DNA of 64,000 nt from Macrostomum hystrix (lineage: Eukaryota > Animalia > Platyhelminthes): assembly GCA_950097015.1 (NCBI GenBank), contig CATNEN010000007.1:7006001-7070000 (forward strand), written 5' to 3'. Positions 1 through 12,789 of this stretch are shown piece by piece. A program made the position numbers and the translations under genes. Each line of letters starts with the position of its first letter. Positions within the stretch are counted from its first letter, which is position 1. Below the pieces are notes generated by a model, which saw only the letters and a program-made list of their open reading frames with translations, made no database searches and was not told where the DNA came from.

Positions 1-1460
1 CCAGGTCCGGCTGCTGCGCCGTTGCGCTGAAGACTACGTCTGAGATGCCCCAGGTGAGAAAGTCCTGAAAAGCAGTTAGAAGTTAAAAAACGGAACAGAG
101 GTTCGACTTGAAAAAAATCACTCAACTGGTGGGAACTAATTATTTGCTCATAAAGTTTACTCCTGAGAAGCCTATTAATGCTTGTAGCCCAATAGATTTG
201 GGTTCGGATTTTGACCAATAGGTCAGGAATCTCATCTCTAGGAGATTTGTGTTCTTGAGCAATAAGTTAAATTTCAGATTGTTTCAGTTCACCCAGCTGC
301 AAAATTGCTTTCAGTATTTGCTTGGGTAGAAATTTGAGTGGGTATGACCCCCCCAGTCCATGGACTGAACAGGTTTACATACACTTTAGATGCTGCGGCT
401 GTGCCACTGGCTGGCCCACCTGAATTATGTGTCTGTCCTATTTATGCACTCCATTTAATTAGCGAACATGTCTGATTGGCTGTCATAAACCGCTGCTGTT
501 TAAACCTACTATTTAGCTGCAGCAGGATTTCAGTGAACAGAATGATGCGTGCTGGCATTGTCAGGCCGATGAGTACTCCAAGAAATGAGCCCCCAAACGT
601 GAGCACGCGTTTTCATGACAGAAATTTGCATTATACGCTCGTATGCTCTGTACAATGGTACGCATATTACAGACAGCCATTGTGTTTATCCGGCTCAAAC
701 AAATACATGATGGCGCAAACCTACAGTTAGATGCATCACTGTAGTTAGTGATGTCCTCAGTAATCTTATTGTAGTCTCATTATAATCCTGGCAGATTAGT
801 CTCGCCCAGTGCGCTCTACCCGTCAACATGATCCACGAGAAGCTTTTCGCCTTCCTGTGGCTCTGGCTGCCGATCACCCTGGCTGCCACTGTGCTCAGCC
901 TGTACCTTTGGTGCTACCGACTGGTGCCCACCTGCAGTCGCAGGCGCCAAATCGTGCGGTGCCTCCGATTGGCCAGCGCTTTCGGCGGCCAATCAGAGGA
1001 GGACGGCGCTCAACTGAGGGTTGACAGCATCTCCGGCCTCGATGGGTTCCTCAGCGACTTTCTGCGGCCAGACGGATGTTTGGTGCTCCGGCTGCTTCAG
1101 CCAGCATGCGGAGACACGGCCGCAAGCGACATCTGTGCCAGCCTCTTCCGCGTCTATGCCCGGCTCGCCACAGCCGCTGCCGACTCCACCATCGTGGTCC
1201 TCGGCGATCCTAAGCAGGATATCGCCGAAGGGATGTCAACAAATCCAGCAGCAGGTGGCCATCGCGTGAGACACCGAAGCTGCAGTGGCAGCGGCCAGCC
1301 TCATCATCACCACCATCAGCTTCATCAAAGCGGGGCCGTCCAGCCGCGCGACAGCTTCCTCCGCGAGCAGCAGCTCCGCCGGCAGCTGGAACTGCCGCTG
1401 GAGGCTGAGGCGGCAAAGAAGAAGCTGGCCGCAGATGCTGATGAGAACTCTTACCTGTGA
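1..1460 (+). CDS. Innexin (gap-junction protein), 3' part; 5' exons lie outside the window
   Basis: Exon <1..53 (PRSGCCAVALKTTSEMPQ, donor GTGAG at 54) joins in phase 0 to exon 795..1460 (acceptor GGCAG at 794). The product ISLAQCALPVNMIHEKLFAFLWLWL matches the innexin motif FPR..C...QCxLPxNxxNEKxFxFLWxW. The later FLRPDGCLVLRLL matches innexin YLxxDGxFxLRL. Confidence 0.9.
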
Positions 1461-2324
1461 GGAAGAGAGACTGGGAGCTAAGGGACACCTTATCGAGGTT
1501 CGCTTGCTTTTTGTCTTAAAGACAATCGAGTTCTAAATTGATAGTTTCAGAAATTAATACTAAGCCCGCCTGAATTAAGCCTGAATTAAGAACTTAGCTA
1601 AGAAAATAATTTAAGGCAAAGCGCTTTAGCTGCAAGCAAATATATATAATATTCATAACTATGTATTCCCACTCTCTATTGGCGTAAATTAACCTCACTG
1701 TTTAAAAAAGCAAGTGTGCTTCTTTAATTATAATCGCCGAGCTTGATGTCGCATCTTTTGCCACAATTATTGTGTCAGGAGTGAACAAGAACTTGGTTTG
1801 AATATGCATCGGCTGTGACAGAGTCGTTTGTGAGGCCGAACAGCCTTTCAGTTTCTCTAGTACCACTGAACCCAATCGAATGCAAAACAATGCGAAACTC
1901 AACTCCGCAGACCGCAGAGAAGAGGTCTGTCTTGAAAATGCCATGTGGAAACGTGAGCTGTTGTCCTATACTGCGAAAATGTTCACTGCTGCTTTCAGAA
2001 GACAGCTAGACAATGCACTGACGCACAAACTCGAAATTTTGTTTCCCTGCACTGAAACAGTTCCATATGCTTCATGAACAGAACGCATGAACTGTTGAAT
2101 GCGGACGAAAAAAACGGAAATTTAGCACAGTCGCAGAAGTATTTTTTAACTGGATTTTCTCAAAGAAGCTCAATAGACGAATAGGAAGGCCCAGACAGCA
2201 AAATACAAAGCTTTTATTGGACATTAGATACCATGTAAAGGTTTATCCTTCCACAAAAGTAGATTACCTAACTATGAGACCTTAATGAGAACTTCCACAA
2301 AAATGTTAGGTTTCATACTGTAAA

Positions 2325-4530
2325 CTCAGGACAAACTTCTGAAGCAACTCAGGACAGACTTCTGAAGCAACTCAGGACAGACTTCTGAAGCAACTCAGGA
2401 CAGATATTCGAAGCAAGTCAGGACGGATATTCGAAGCAAGTCAGGACGGATATTCGAAGCAAGTCAGGACGGATATTCGAAGCAACTCAGGACGGATATT
2501 CGAAGCAAGTCAGGACGGATATTCGAAGCAATTCAGGACGGATATTCGAAGCAAGTCAGGACAGATATTCGAAGCAAGTCAGGACAGATATTCGAAGCAA
2601 GTCAGGACGGATATTCGAAGCAACTCAGGACGGATATTCGAAGCAAGTCAGGACAGATATTCGAAGCAAGTCAGGACGGATATTCGAAGCAAGTCAGGAC
2701 GGATATTCGAAGCAACTCAGGACAGATATTCGAAGCAAGTCAGGACAGATATTCGAAGCAAGTCAGGACAGATATTCGAAGCAAGTCAGGACGGATATTC
2801 GAAGCAAGTCAGGACAGATATTCGAAGCAAGTCAGGACGGATATTCGAAGCAACTCAGGACGGATATTCGAAGCAACTCAGGACGGATATTCGAAGCAAG
2901 TCAGGACGGATATTCGAGGCACCACAGGACGGATATTCGAAGCAAGTCAGGACGGATATTCGAAGCAAGTCAGGACGGATATTCGAAGCAATTCAGGACG
3001 GATATTCGAAGCAACTCAGGACGGATATTCGAAGCAAGTCAGGACGGATATTCGAAGCAAGTCAGGACGGATATTCGAAGCAAGTCAGGACGGATATTCG
3101 AAGCAACTCAGGACGGATATTCGAAGCAAGTCAGGACGGATATTCGAAGCAATTCAGGACGGATATTCGAAGCAAGTCAGGACAGATATTCGAAGCAAGT
3201 CAGGACAGATATTCGAAGCAAGTCAGGACGGATATTCGAAGCAACTCAGGACGGATATTCGAAGCAAGTCAGGACAGATATTCGAAGCAATTCAGGACGG
3301 ATATTCGAAGCAAGTCAGGACAGATATTCGAAGCAAGTCAGGACGGATATTCGAAGCAACTCAGGACAGACTTCTGAAGCAACTCAGGACAGACTTCTGA
3401 AGCAACTCAGGACAGACTTCTAAAGCAACTCAGGACGGATATTCGAAGCAAGTCAGGACGGATATTCGAAGCAAGTCAGGACGGATATTCGAAGCAACTC
3501 AGGACAGATATTCGAAGCAAGTCAGGACGGATATTCGAAGCAAGTCAGGACGGATATTCGAAGCAAGACAGGACAGATATTCGAAGCAAGTCAGGACGGA
3601 TATTCGAAGCAAGTCAGGACGGATATTCGAAGCAAGTCAGGACGGATATTCGAAGCAACTCAGGACAGATATTCGAAGCAAGTCAGGACGGATATTCGAA
3701 GCAAGTCAGGACGGATATTCGAAGCAACTCAGGACAGATATTCGAAGCAAGTCAGGACGGATATTCGAAGCAACTCAGGACAGATATTCGAAGCAAGTCA
3801 GGACGGATATTCGAAGCAACTCAGGACGGATATTCGAAGCAAGTCAGGACGGATATTCGAAGCAAGTCAGGACGGATATTCGAAGCAAGTCAGGACAGAT
3901 ATTCGAGGCACCACAGGACGGATATTCGAAGCAAGTCAGGACAGATATTCGAGGCACCACAGGACGGATATTCGAAGCAAGTCAGGACAGATATTCGAGG
4001 CACCACAGGACGGATATTCGAAGCAAGTCAGGACAGATATTCGAGGCACCACAGGACGGATATTCGAAGCAAGTCAGGACAGATATTCGAGGCACCACAG
4101 GACGGATATTCGAAGCAAGTCAGGACGGATATTCGAAGCAAGTCAGGACGGATATTCGAAGCAAGTCAGGACGGATATTCGAAGCAAGACAGGACAGATA
4201 TTCGAAGCAAGTCAGGACGGATATTCGAAGCAAGTCAGGACGGATATTCGAAGCAAGTCAGGACGGATATTCGAAGCAACTCAGGACAGATATTCGAAGC
4301 AAGTCAGGACGGATATTCGAAGCAAGTCAGGACGGATATTCGAAGCAACTCAGGACAGATATTCGAAGCAAGTCAGGACGGATATTCGAAGCAACTCAGG
4401 ACAGATATTCGAAGCAAGTCAGGACGGATATTCGAAGCAAGTCAGGACAGATATTCGAGGCACCACAGGACGGATATTCGAAGCAAGTCAGGACGGATAT
4501 TCGAAGCAAGTCAGGACAGATTTCTGAAGC
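2325..4530. repeat. Minisatellite, 23-bp unit AGGACGGATATTCGAAGCAAGTC, roughly 95 copies
   Basis: Directly visible tandem array with variants (AACTC, GGCACCAC, ACAGACTTCT). Confidence 0.97.
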
Positions 4531-5289
4531 AGGGAAATATAGCTTTTCTAACCCGATCTTTTCGAGGAACTGATTTCGGACTTGAAATTCTTAAAATAAA
4601 TCAAGCAAGAATGAATCATCCCAGTGCAGCTGTTGAGATGCAACTCGGCGTCCAATAAAAAGGCACTTTTATTCGCTAGAAAAATGTGGCAATAAAGATT
4701 TCTGTGAACATTTATCACTAGCACAGCTGATAGCATTAACAGACGATAAAACGTCATGGAAAAGAACTTGATAAAACGGTAACAAATACATTTACCTGCT
4801 GCAAGACAAAGCTGGGAATTAATCGGTATGAGAACTAATCACAAAATTCATGTACTAGAAAACAGATACAAGTTCGGATAAGATTTGGTACAATGGGTAG
4901 AAACTCCGACTTACAATAGACTGGCATAGGAAACTTTTTATGACTCCGTGATTTCGCAATGGAATCAATAACATCAAGGCACATTAATATGCAATCCTCG
5001 CTACTGACTAAGTAGTGTGATAGATAAGTATTAAACATGCGTGTTAAGAGAAAATTTACTTTATTGAAGACTCCAAACTGCATTGAACTTGATTTGTACG
5101 AGCATGAGTGAAAATAATGGTCAGCCGTAAATTAAAAACCTTTCTCTATTAATCAAATAAGGATAACTAAGGTAAACAAGGATTGTGCAAAACAAAAACT
5201 TTTAGGGCAAAACCAAATGAGGAAAACAAAGCAGAAAGTTTGGCCACAAGTTCAAAGCCGGTGTTTCATAACGATTTTAATATGATTCT

Positions 5290-5750
5290 AGCAGGCTACA
5301 TCATTTCTTGCTTGGATTCTAGCTACATCATTTCCTGCTACGATTCTAGCTACACCATTTCCTGCTACGATTCTAGCTCCATCATTTCCTGCTGGGATTC
5401 TAGCTCCATCATTTCCTGCTGGGATTCTAGCTCCATCATTTCCTGCTACGATTCTAGCTACATCATTTCCTGCTACGATTCTAGCTACACCATTTCCTTC
5501 TTCGATTCTAGCTACATCATTTCCTTCTTCGATTCTAGCTACATCATTTCCTTCTTCGATTCTAGCTACATCATTTCCTTCTTCGATTCTAGCTACATCA
5601 CTTCCTGCTGGGATTCTAGCTTCATCATTTCCTGCTGGGATTCTAGCTACATCATTTCCTGCTACGATTCTAGCTACATCACTTCCTGCTACGATTCTAG
5701 CTACATCACTTCCTGCTGGGATTCTAGCTTCATCATTTCCTGCTATGATT
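5290..5750. repeat. 27-bp minisatellite (TTTCCTGCTACGATTCTAGCTACATCA) just 3' of the AP2S1 stop
   Basis: Tandem array that generates the spurious repetitive ORFs 5183..5797 and 5288..5770. Confidence 0.95.
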
Positions 5751-5766
5751 CTGTCACCAATGGCTG

Positions 5767-6195
5767 TCACTCCAGTGTGGACAGCATCATAAGCTGACGC
5801 AGCACTTTGGTCTGGCTAGTCTCCCGAATCTCTCCAGCCAGAAACATCTCGTCCACAACGGTGTAGACTTTGTAGAAATTGAAAACCAAATCCAGTTCGC
5901 ACACGTTGTGAAAATACTCGTTAAGCACCTCCACAAAGTTGTGAATGGCCTCGAGGTACATGAGATTGTTGTCGCCAATGTCGACACAGATGCAAAAGTA
6001 CAGGCCGGCGTAGCGGCGATAGACAATTTTATAGTTTCGAAACTCCACAAAGTTGGTGTGCTTGGCGTCGCGCACTGTGACAGTGGCGTGGACCTCTTCA
6101 ATGAGCTTCTGTTTCTCTTCGTCCTCGAAGTGCATGTACCACTTGGCCAGACGGGTCTTGCCAGCGCGGTTCTGGATCAGGATGAAGCGAATCAT
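5767..6195 (-). CDS. AP2S1: AP-2 complex subunit sigma, 142 aa, intronless CDS
   Basis: [20 protein letters not shown]...[33 protein letters not shown] is near-identical to metazoan AP-2 sigma. The ATG at 6195 gives the canonical length. An acceptor-like TTTCCAG lies 14 nt upstream. Confidence 0.97.
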   Translation of the reverse strand: MIRFILIQNRAGKTRLAKWYMHFEDEEKQKLIEEVHATVTVRDAKHTNFVEFRNYKIVYRRYAGLYFCICVDIGDNNLMYLEAIHNFVEVLNEYFHNVCELDLVFNFYKVYTVVDEMFLAGEIRETSQTKVLRQLMMLSTLE

Positions 6196-8144
6196 GGGAG
6201 GCTGTCCAGCTGGAAAGTGCGGATTTATACTCATTGATATTGCTTAAGGAAAAAAGTGAATTATTTAAAACAAGACAATTATTTAAAATCTTCAATCAGA
6301 CAGCATAAAAAATGAACTTTTTACTGCATGGCTTGTATCTCTATAGCTGTATTATTTAGGAGTACAGAATGAATAGGGTTAGGCCCTAGCCTAGAGAGTT
6401 TTTAGACTTTATATATTTAGGGGATTCCAAGTGTTAAGATAGCTTTTGCCAGAAATAAACTTTATATAATTGTTTTACATCAATCTTGCTTTAGAAAGCC
6501 CATTTAGAAATATGTCTCTAACAAATCATTAAGTTATAAAATCAATAATTTTACAACAAAATAGAACCTTATATTTTGCTATTCTGATTATACAAGCCAA
6601 CATATGTAGATAACAAGCCAGCTAACCATAGGACTTTTACTTAGTATAATGTCTCAATCAATCACAACCCTTATTTTTAACTAAGTGCAATGTAGCCTAA
6701 TGTCTAAATTTCATATTTCTATGTAGGTTTTAGTTTTTTGCTAATTATAGGTCCAATGAATGTGCTTAGTAACTTAGTTTTAGACCACAGCTGAAGTATG
6801 TTTATAAAAAAATTGTTATATGTCAGTCTCAAAAAAATTTTTTTTGCCCTACAATTAAAAAAATTGACCGCATTTTGCTAAAATTATGAGGACTGTTAGC
6901 ATTTGTTTTATTAGTGGTTAAGTATAACTATATATAATAGCAAAATAAAAGTATTCACTTTATGTTTATAGTTTATAGTTCTTAAGAGATGCTGATGAGC
7001 ACAGACGATCGAAAGACAAACATTTTTTAGAAAAAGTTTCATGTTCACATTACCTAATTTAAAAGCAAAGAAAAAAACGGTCAAGTTAAAAATAAAATAG
7101 AGTAACTAATTTCACACCCGACCCCTTGGGCCCTTTTGCAAATACATTAGTAATTGCACTTGACTGGAGCTTCCTGCAGATGATTCTAGTAGCTTCTTTT
7201 TACGAATAATCTATCAACATAAGGATTACGTTGTGACGATACTGCATCAAACGACGAACGATGCCAGTCAGTCGTTCTCATCAGGTGATGGTGTCAACCA
7301 TCATTCCTGCTTTCCGTAATTTAAAAGTTTCCGTCTCTTATAAAGCGGAATTCGTATTCGTAATTCCGCTGCTGTTTTTGTTGCTATATTGCAAATTATT
7401 AAGAACAAGTTGAACAACTATCATCCAAGGACTACTTAAGTAGATAAACGACATAAACGACACTTCAGTCGTCCTTGCTATCATCCTGAAGTCGAAGTAA
7501 AAAATATGGACTTCCAACGAAAGATAAGATATTTCGATGGTCGGGACGGGGAGTCTGAGCATCAAGCTATTGTTATTCGAAGCCTTTTTTCGGCTAAATA
7601 TTTGCTCTCCCAAAAATAATGGGACTATAAATCCACGAAAATTTCTGGTGCTTGTGATCACTTCGGAGAAACATCGATTTTTTTATTTCACCATCCGGAA
7701 TCCGAGATCCGAGAGGATCTTTCACCTGGCCACTCTGGGCTGATGACTGATCGGAGCTGAGGCCAGGGGGAGCAAGCCGAAAAAGCCGATATTTCGCAAT
7801 ATTTACGCACAATTCTCATGAAATTACTTGACGAATAAAAATTCATTAAGCTAAGCTCTTCATTTCTTTGAATTCAAGCTCCCTACAATTGAGCTTTAAT
7901 CTACAAATTTCTTAACATTTCTCAATGTGAATACCTTACTGTATTTTCATCTCGATCCCCATTGGTTGGCTCTACGGATTAATTAGAAAACAGCTGAGAA
8001 TTGAGCCCGCTCAGAGGGAACAAATGGCGTACAGGCGCACATGCACGCGATAAAAAGCCTCGAAATTCCCTTTCCAATTTCCTAATAGCTAACGACTGAT
8101 AACCCAATGACCGGAAGAAGAACTGTTTTTGCAAATTGAAGGTG

Positions 8145-9057
8145 ATGGCAACACAGAAAGCAGCGAAATTGGATAGCAGTGCCTCCAAGAAGGACAGCTT
8201 CAATACCGACTCGAATTTGAATGGGATTTTGGCCGCGGCGGGCGCTTTGTCCGACCTCAACCAGGCGCTGGCGTCGGACCAATCGGTGCTACAGTCGATC
8301 AACGGACGCCTGGATGGTGTTCAAGATTCCGTGCGCTGTGTGGAACTGCAGGCCCCGCTGCCATCCTTCGTGTGGTGCATCGACGACTTCTGCCGGAGCT
8401 TCTGCCAGGCGCGTGCCGGACAGCAGGAACGTCTGGTCAGCGAGCCCTTCCAGCTGGGCCCGTACGGATACCGGATGCGGATGTCCGCCTGCCTGTTTGG
8501 CGACTCGGCCGGTGCGAGCCTCTACCTCTGAACTAATAAGCTGGGGATTGTCTCGGGAGGGTTTTATTGATTATTTTGCACTCTTCCGAGGGTTAGCTAA
8601 TATACCTGTAAATGAAGTTATGCAATGAGCAATTCGGTTGAGCACCATCGCTCAGCCAAAATCAACCAGCCACCACCGGCTAAGCCTCGCCACCCCTCCA
8701 CTCGAAGTCCGCGGCCGAAGCCTCTCCGTGTTCATCTGCTTCCTGCCCGGAGACTTTGACAGTCTGCTGGAGTGGCCTTTCAACCGTCGGGTGTACATCA
8801 CGGCTATGGACCTCACCGGCGAGGGTCGCCATCACAGCCGGGTACTGATGCCGGGCCGAGGCGAGGCCGGCAGCAACCGCGCCTACCTGAGGCGGCCGGC
8901 TGGGGGCCAAAGCCCTTGGTTTGGCTTGCGCAACTTCATGGAGCTGGCCAAGCTGGAGAACGGAGGCCGCTTTGTGCGCAGCGACCGGCTGCACCTGCGG
9001 CTGGAGGTGCCGCCCGACCAGCCGCTTTGGACCAACGGGAATCGATTGGACAACTGA
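8145..9057 (+). CDS. TRAF-family protein (coiled coil + MATH/TRAF-C domain, TRAF4-like), about 238 aa
   Basis: Exons 8145..8511 and 8708..9057 (phase-1 GT..AG). Motifs FVWCIDDF, SEPFQLGPYGYRM, FGDSAVRGRSLSVFICFLPGDFDSLLEWPF and FVRSDRLHLRLEV are typical of TRAF MATH domains. The 5' end is uncertain. Confidence 0.88.
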
Positions 9058-10582
9058 GTACATCGACTGATACCGTCTGACACAAGACTGGAGACACTTC
9101 AAAATTATTATTTGATAAGCACAAGAAATATAAGCTACAGTTGATGATAACTTTGTCCATCTTTATCCAAATTCAAAGCTAATTATAACTTCATCTAAGG
9201 AGCTTGTTCTCTTGTTCAACCTCAAAACAGGAGAAAAAATTCAAACACTAATTTCCCACCGCTTTAGTTAACCAAGCTGTAAATTGGATACCATCACCAG
9301 CTGTGGGTAGAAATTCAGGTGGCTTGTCCAGTCCACAGACTGTGCAAAGCAAGGCTATATGAACTGTCCAATCTGTGCAAGGTGTAATTTCTATTTTGTA
9401 ATTAAAACTGCATGATACTACTATAAGCCAACACATAGCGTACATGAAACCTTGGACACTGTGCACTTTGCAAATACTTGGAGAAGACCCATCGTGTCTA
9501 ATAGGGAACAAGGGAACTATAGGGGGTGTTTTTATGCCAAGCGCCCAGACAAGTCAACACAAGCCATGGGTGAGCCATGGATGATCAAGGGAAAGTGAAC
9601 AAATTTGTTCTGCACTCATACAGACCAAGATTAGTGAAGGCGCAATGTCAACACCTCAGCGCGGCGAGGCGGGACTCAGCTGAGCACACTTCTCCGCTTA
9701 TCTCCACCGGTTCAGCTTGGCTGAGCATTTTGTCTGTTTGCACACTCGTCACAGATCGCCTGGCCGCGCCTCTCCAGGCGGCTAAGTTTAATTCGGTTCA
9801 CTTTCCTGTGGCGCTGTGCCACAATGTCTGCAAGCCACCCCTCTATGCAATTCTCCTCTTCGCTCTATCCATCTTCCCCTTATGTCCTTCTCACATTTAC
9901 TCTAGTGACCTTTGCGCGATCGGAATCACGCCGAAAGTCGGGACTCCTTCAATCTATGTTCCTCTGATCTGCCCAACCATTCTCTCTTTACACATTGACA
10001 GTATTTAGAGTGTGACGTATTGATAAGCACGAGAGGAAGTCAAGAGAATTCAACAAAAGGACCCAATTAAATACCGCAGTGTTTGCTACAGTGTCCAATA
10101 TACACATCCAAATGCCATTTACGAGCTAAGTATGAGCTGCACGCCAAATCATAAAGTGAGCATTTCAAGTTGACCCGAAGTCCATTAGCCAGGCTTCAAC
10201 TAGGCTGCAGCATGGAGACAAAAAGTGCACCGCCACATATGCAGCGAATCTAACAGGTAATTCTGATTATTAAACTGGTCTGCAGTTCACAGCTTCTCGC
10301 CTATAATTGAAACACATTGTCAGCCCCAGTACAATCGCTCAGCCTACAGATTCAATATCTCATTCAATGGCCGGAAGTCGACACTTTATATAATACTCAT
10401 ACAGTATGTGCTCACTGGGTAATGAAAGAATGAAAGGACACACACACACACACACGCACACGCACACACCAGCCAGTAACGGCGGGTTTCGGCTGGGGTG
10501 GGAGTGGACTCTCCAATGAAAAAATAATCGCGAGGTGATAAGAGAAACGAGAGCAGCCGGTCAAAGTCATCGGGAGCCCAGC

Positions 10583-11483
10583 ATGCCAGCGGCGGCGACG
10601 CAATCGACTTGGCGCAGCTGGCGCATCACGGAGAACCAGAACGCCTGCGCCGACGAGCAGCTCCGCCGGCAGATGCGCACCTTCGAAGCCGTTCATCGAC
10701 GCGAGGTGGCCCGCATCGCGGCCGAGTGTCGGCAGGCGCGGGGCGGAGGCGGTGGCAGTGGAAGCTCCAGCTTTCCTTACCTGGAAAAGCGCAATGCGAT
10801 TGCGGTGCGCTCGGCGGCCAGAGCGGAGGGTCCGGGCAGCCGGACGCTGCAGCTGGCGAGGTCCGCGATGGCGCGGCTGCGAGCCGAGGCTCCCGTGGCC
10901 GCTGCGGCGCGCGGCTCAGAGGAGACAGTCAGTGAGTTCGCTGAACCACTTGCTTCATATTGAGGTTGGGTCAGGTGAGGCAGTGGAGTGTCAGGTGAGG
11001 CAGTGGAGTGTCAGGTGAGGCAGCGGAGTTTCAGGTGAGGCAGTGGAGTGTCAGGTGAGGCAGTGGAGTGTCAGGTGAGGCAGTGGAGTGTAAGGTGAGT
11101 CAGGGGAGTGGAGTGTTCAGTCACTAGCTAAATTCCGCTATAAATTACTACCCACAACAGGCAGCCATGCCATGCACAGGCAGGTGACTACGCTGCCGCC
11201 GATGCTGCAGCTGCAGTTGCTGTCGGAGAGACGGGCCGCGGAGCTCCTGGCTGGCGCTGAGCGACGCCGGCTGCACCGCCTTGAAGCGGCCAGAGCCAGC
11301 GGTCGCAGTCTCGAGGGCCGAGTCTCCGAGTTTGGCCTGCCGCCACTTCAAAGCCGTTGGTCGACTGGTTACCCTGGCAACAGCGCAGAAGCAGAAACGG
11401 CGAATATTGGTTACCGTAGCAACAGAGAAGCTCCTGTATCTACCGTCTATTTTCATCGCATAAATAAGAATTTCGAAAAGTGA
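10583..11483 (+). CDS. Uncharacterised coiled-coil protein, possibly CCDC190-like, about 223 aa
   Basis: Exons 10583..10931 (donor GTGAGT) and 11161..11483 (acceptor ACAACAG) join in frame in phase 1 and are GC-rich. The N-terminal ENQNACADEQLRRQMRTFE...REVARIAAECRQ loosely resembles CCDC190 from memory. Confidence 0.6.
10970..11115. repeat. 20-bp intronic tandem repeat GTCAGGTGAGGCAGTGGAGT, about 7 copies
   Basis: Directly visible. Confidence 0.9.
11368..11423. promoter_or_regulatory. Two RFX X-box motifs: GTTACCCTGGCAAC (11368-11381) and GTTACCGTAGCAAC (11410-11423)
   Basis: Both fit the X-box consensus GTTNCC-N2-(G/A)GCAAC. They are 42 bp apart inside the last exon. Function is untested. 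Confidence 0.5.
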
Positions 11484-12412
11484 CTTAAAAATTTTATCAT
11501 TTACGCTCGTATGTTCCGAGCTGGCATAGCACACAAACTATGAATTTTTCTCGCAGACTTTCTCCAATAAAATACTTTAATTTCAAGATGTTCTCGTTAA
11601 TTGTAAATTTATTTTTTTCTGTGCTTTTAAAAAAACTTCTTGCTTTCTCATTTGCAAAAATCACTTTGAGTAATTGTTGCACACTCGTATCCTTATCTTT
11701 TTTTATTTTCCTTTTATCCTGTCAGCCCAAAACAGTTTTTCCGCAAAACATTTCCCCTGGAAACCAACCAGTTGGAGATGTCTATCAGCCATCGCGGAAG
11801 AATGCGACCTGCGTCACAATGGGCCATTGTTAGGCACGACAAAAAAGCAGCAAAAACAGGCCTTGCTTCTCCGCTCTCCAATAAACTGATGGCTCCGCAT
11901 ATCTGCTTGAGTTGTCGGAGGGGGCATTGTCCAAAGAAGGTTAGGAAAAAGTCGCTGCTAGGACAATGGAATAGCCGAGCAGTGAGCCGCGGGACAATGA
12001 AGCGGTGCAGCGAACGTTTTTTAATTTAGGAAATCGCTTCTCAGGCGCAATGAAAATCTGAGGCTCGTCAACATTCGAAGCAAAATCGATGGTTGCACTT
12101 TTAAACAGATTCAACAGAGCTCTCTGCCTTGGATGTAAAATCGAAAAAGAAAAAAACATTTCCAACAAATTTTTGAGTTCGCTCGCTCAACTTATTGAGT
12201 TCTTGAGTAATTCATGCTCAAATGCTTTTATTTTTGTACTCGTAATATATTTCCTCGTGCTCTGACGAAGCGAATGCATCGAAGGAGAGAATTTTTCGGA
12301 CGGACTAAGTAGAGCAGGCCCACACATCTGTACAGCCAATTTGAAAATAAATCGTGAACTGAGAAAATTTCACAACAAAAAAAAGCTGAGAGCGTGATCG
12401 CGAATCGACATT

Positions 12413-12596
12413 GGGGTGGCGGTTAATGGTCAAACAGACGGTGCGATCGATATCGGGGAGGGGTTGATGGTCAAACAGACGGTGCGATCGATATCGGGTA
12501 GGGGTTGATGGTCAGGCAGACGGTGCGATCGATATCGGGGAGGGGTTGATGGTCAGACAGACGGTGCGATCGATATCGGGGAGGGGTTGATGGTCA
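12413..12596. repeat. 41-bp tandem repeat, about 4.5 copies, downstream of NICN1
   Basis: Unit ATGGTCAAACAGACGGTGCGATCGATATCGGGGAGGGGTTG. Confidence 0.92.
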
Positions 12597-12789
12597 AGAG
12601 ATGCGCAAGAGAAGGGCGATGTCACTCGTATGTACATAAAGCATTGAATTAACTTTAATTTATTATCTATATATACTTCATCAAGGAATTGATGCGGTAC
12701 TACCTGGAGAGAAAATTGTGTCAAACAAGCTTGCAGAAAATGTCCAAGGCCTCAAGGCCATTCAGCGGGCCGCAGGCATCGCGTCAACT

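Noticed and set aside
2325-4530. CRISPR-like appearance of the regular arrays (also 38277-40423 and 42713-48258)
   Set aside because: Units are head-to-tail with no unique spacers, there are no cas genes, and the context is eukaryotic with introns.
5183-5797. Repetitive ORFs on both strands, and possible AP2S1 stop readthrough
   Set aside because: The ORFs are products of a 27-bp (multiple-of-3) repeat. The readthrough frame hits TAG after 7 codons.
6196-6234. 13-aa N-terminal extension of AP2S1 in the ORF track
   Set aside because: The conserved protein starts at MIRF (142 aa), and the extension spans an acceptor-like TTTCCAG.
7200-7560. Possible C/D-box snoRNA or spliced-leader RNA gene upstream of AP2S1
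   Set aside because: Only partial box-like words are present, with no convincing terminal stem or leader-donor-Sm layout.
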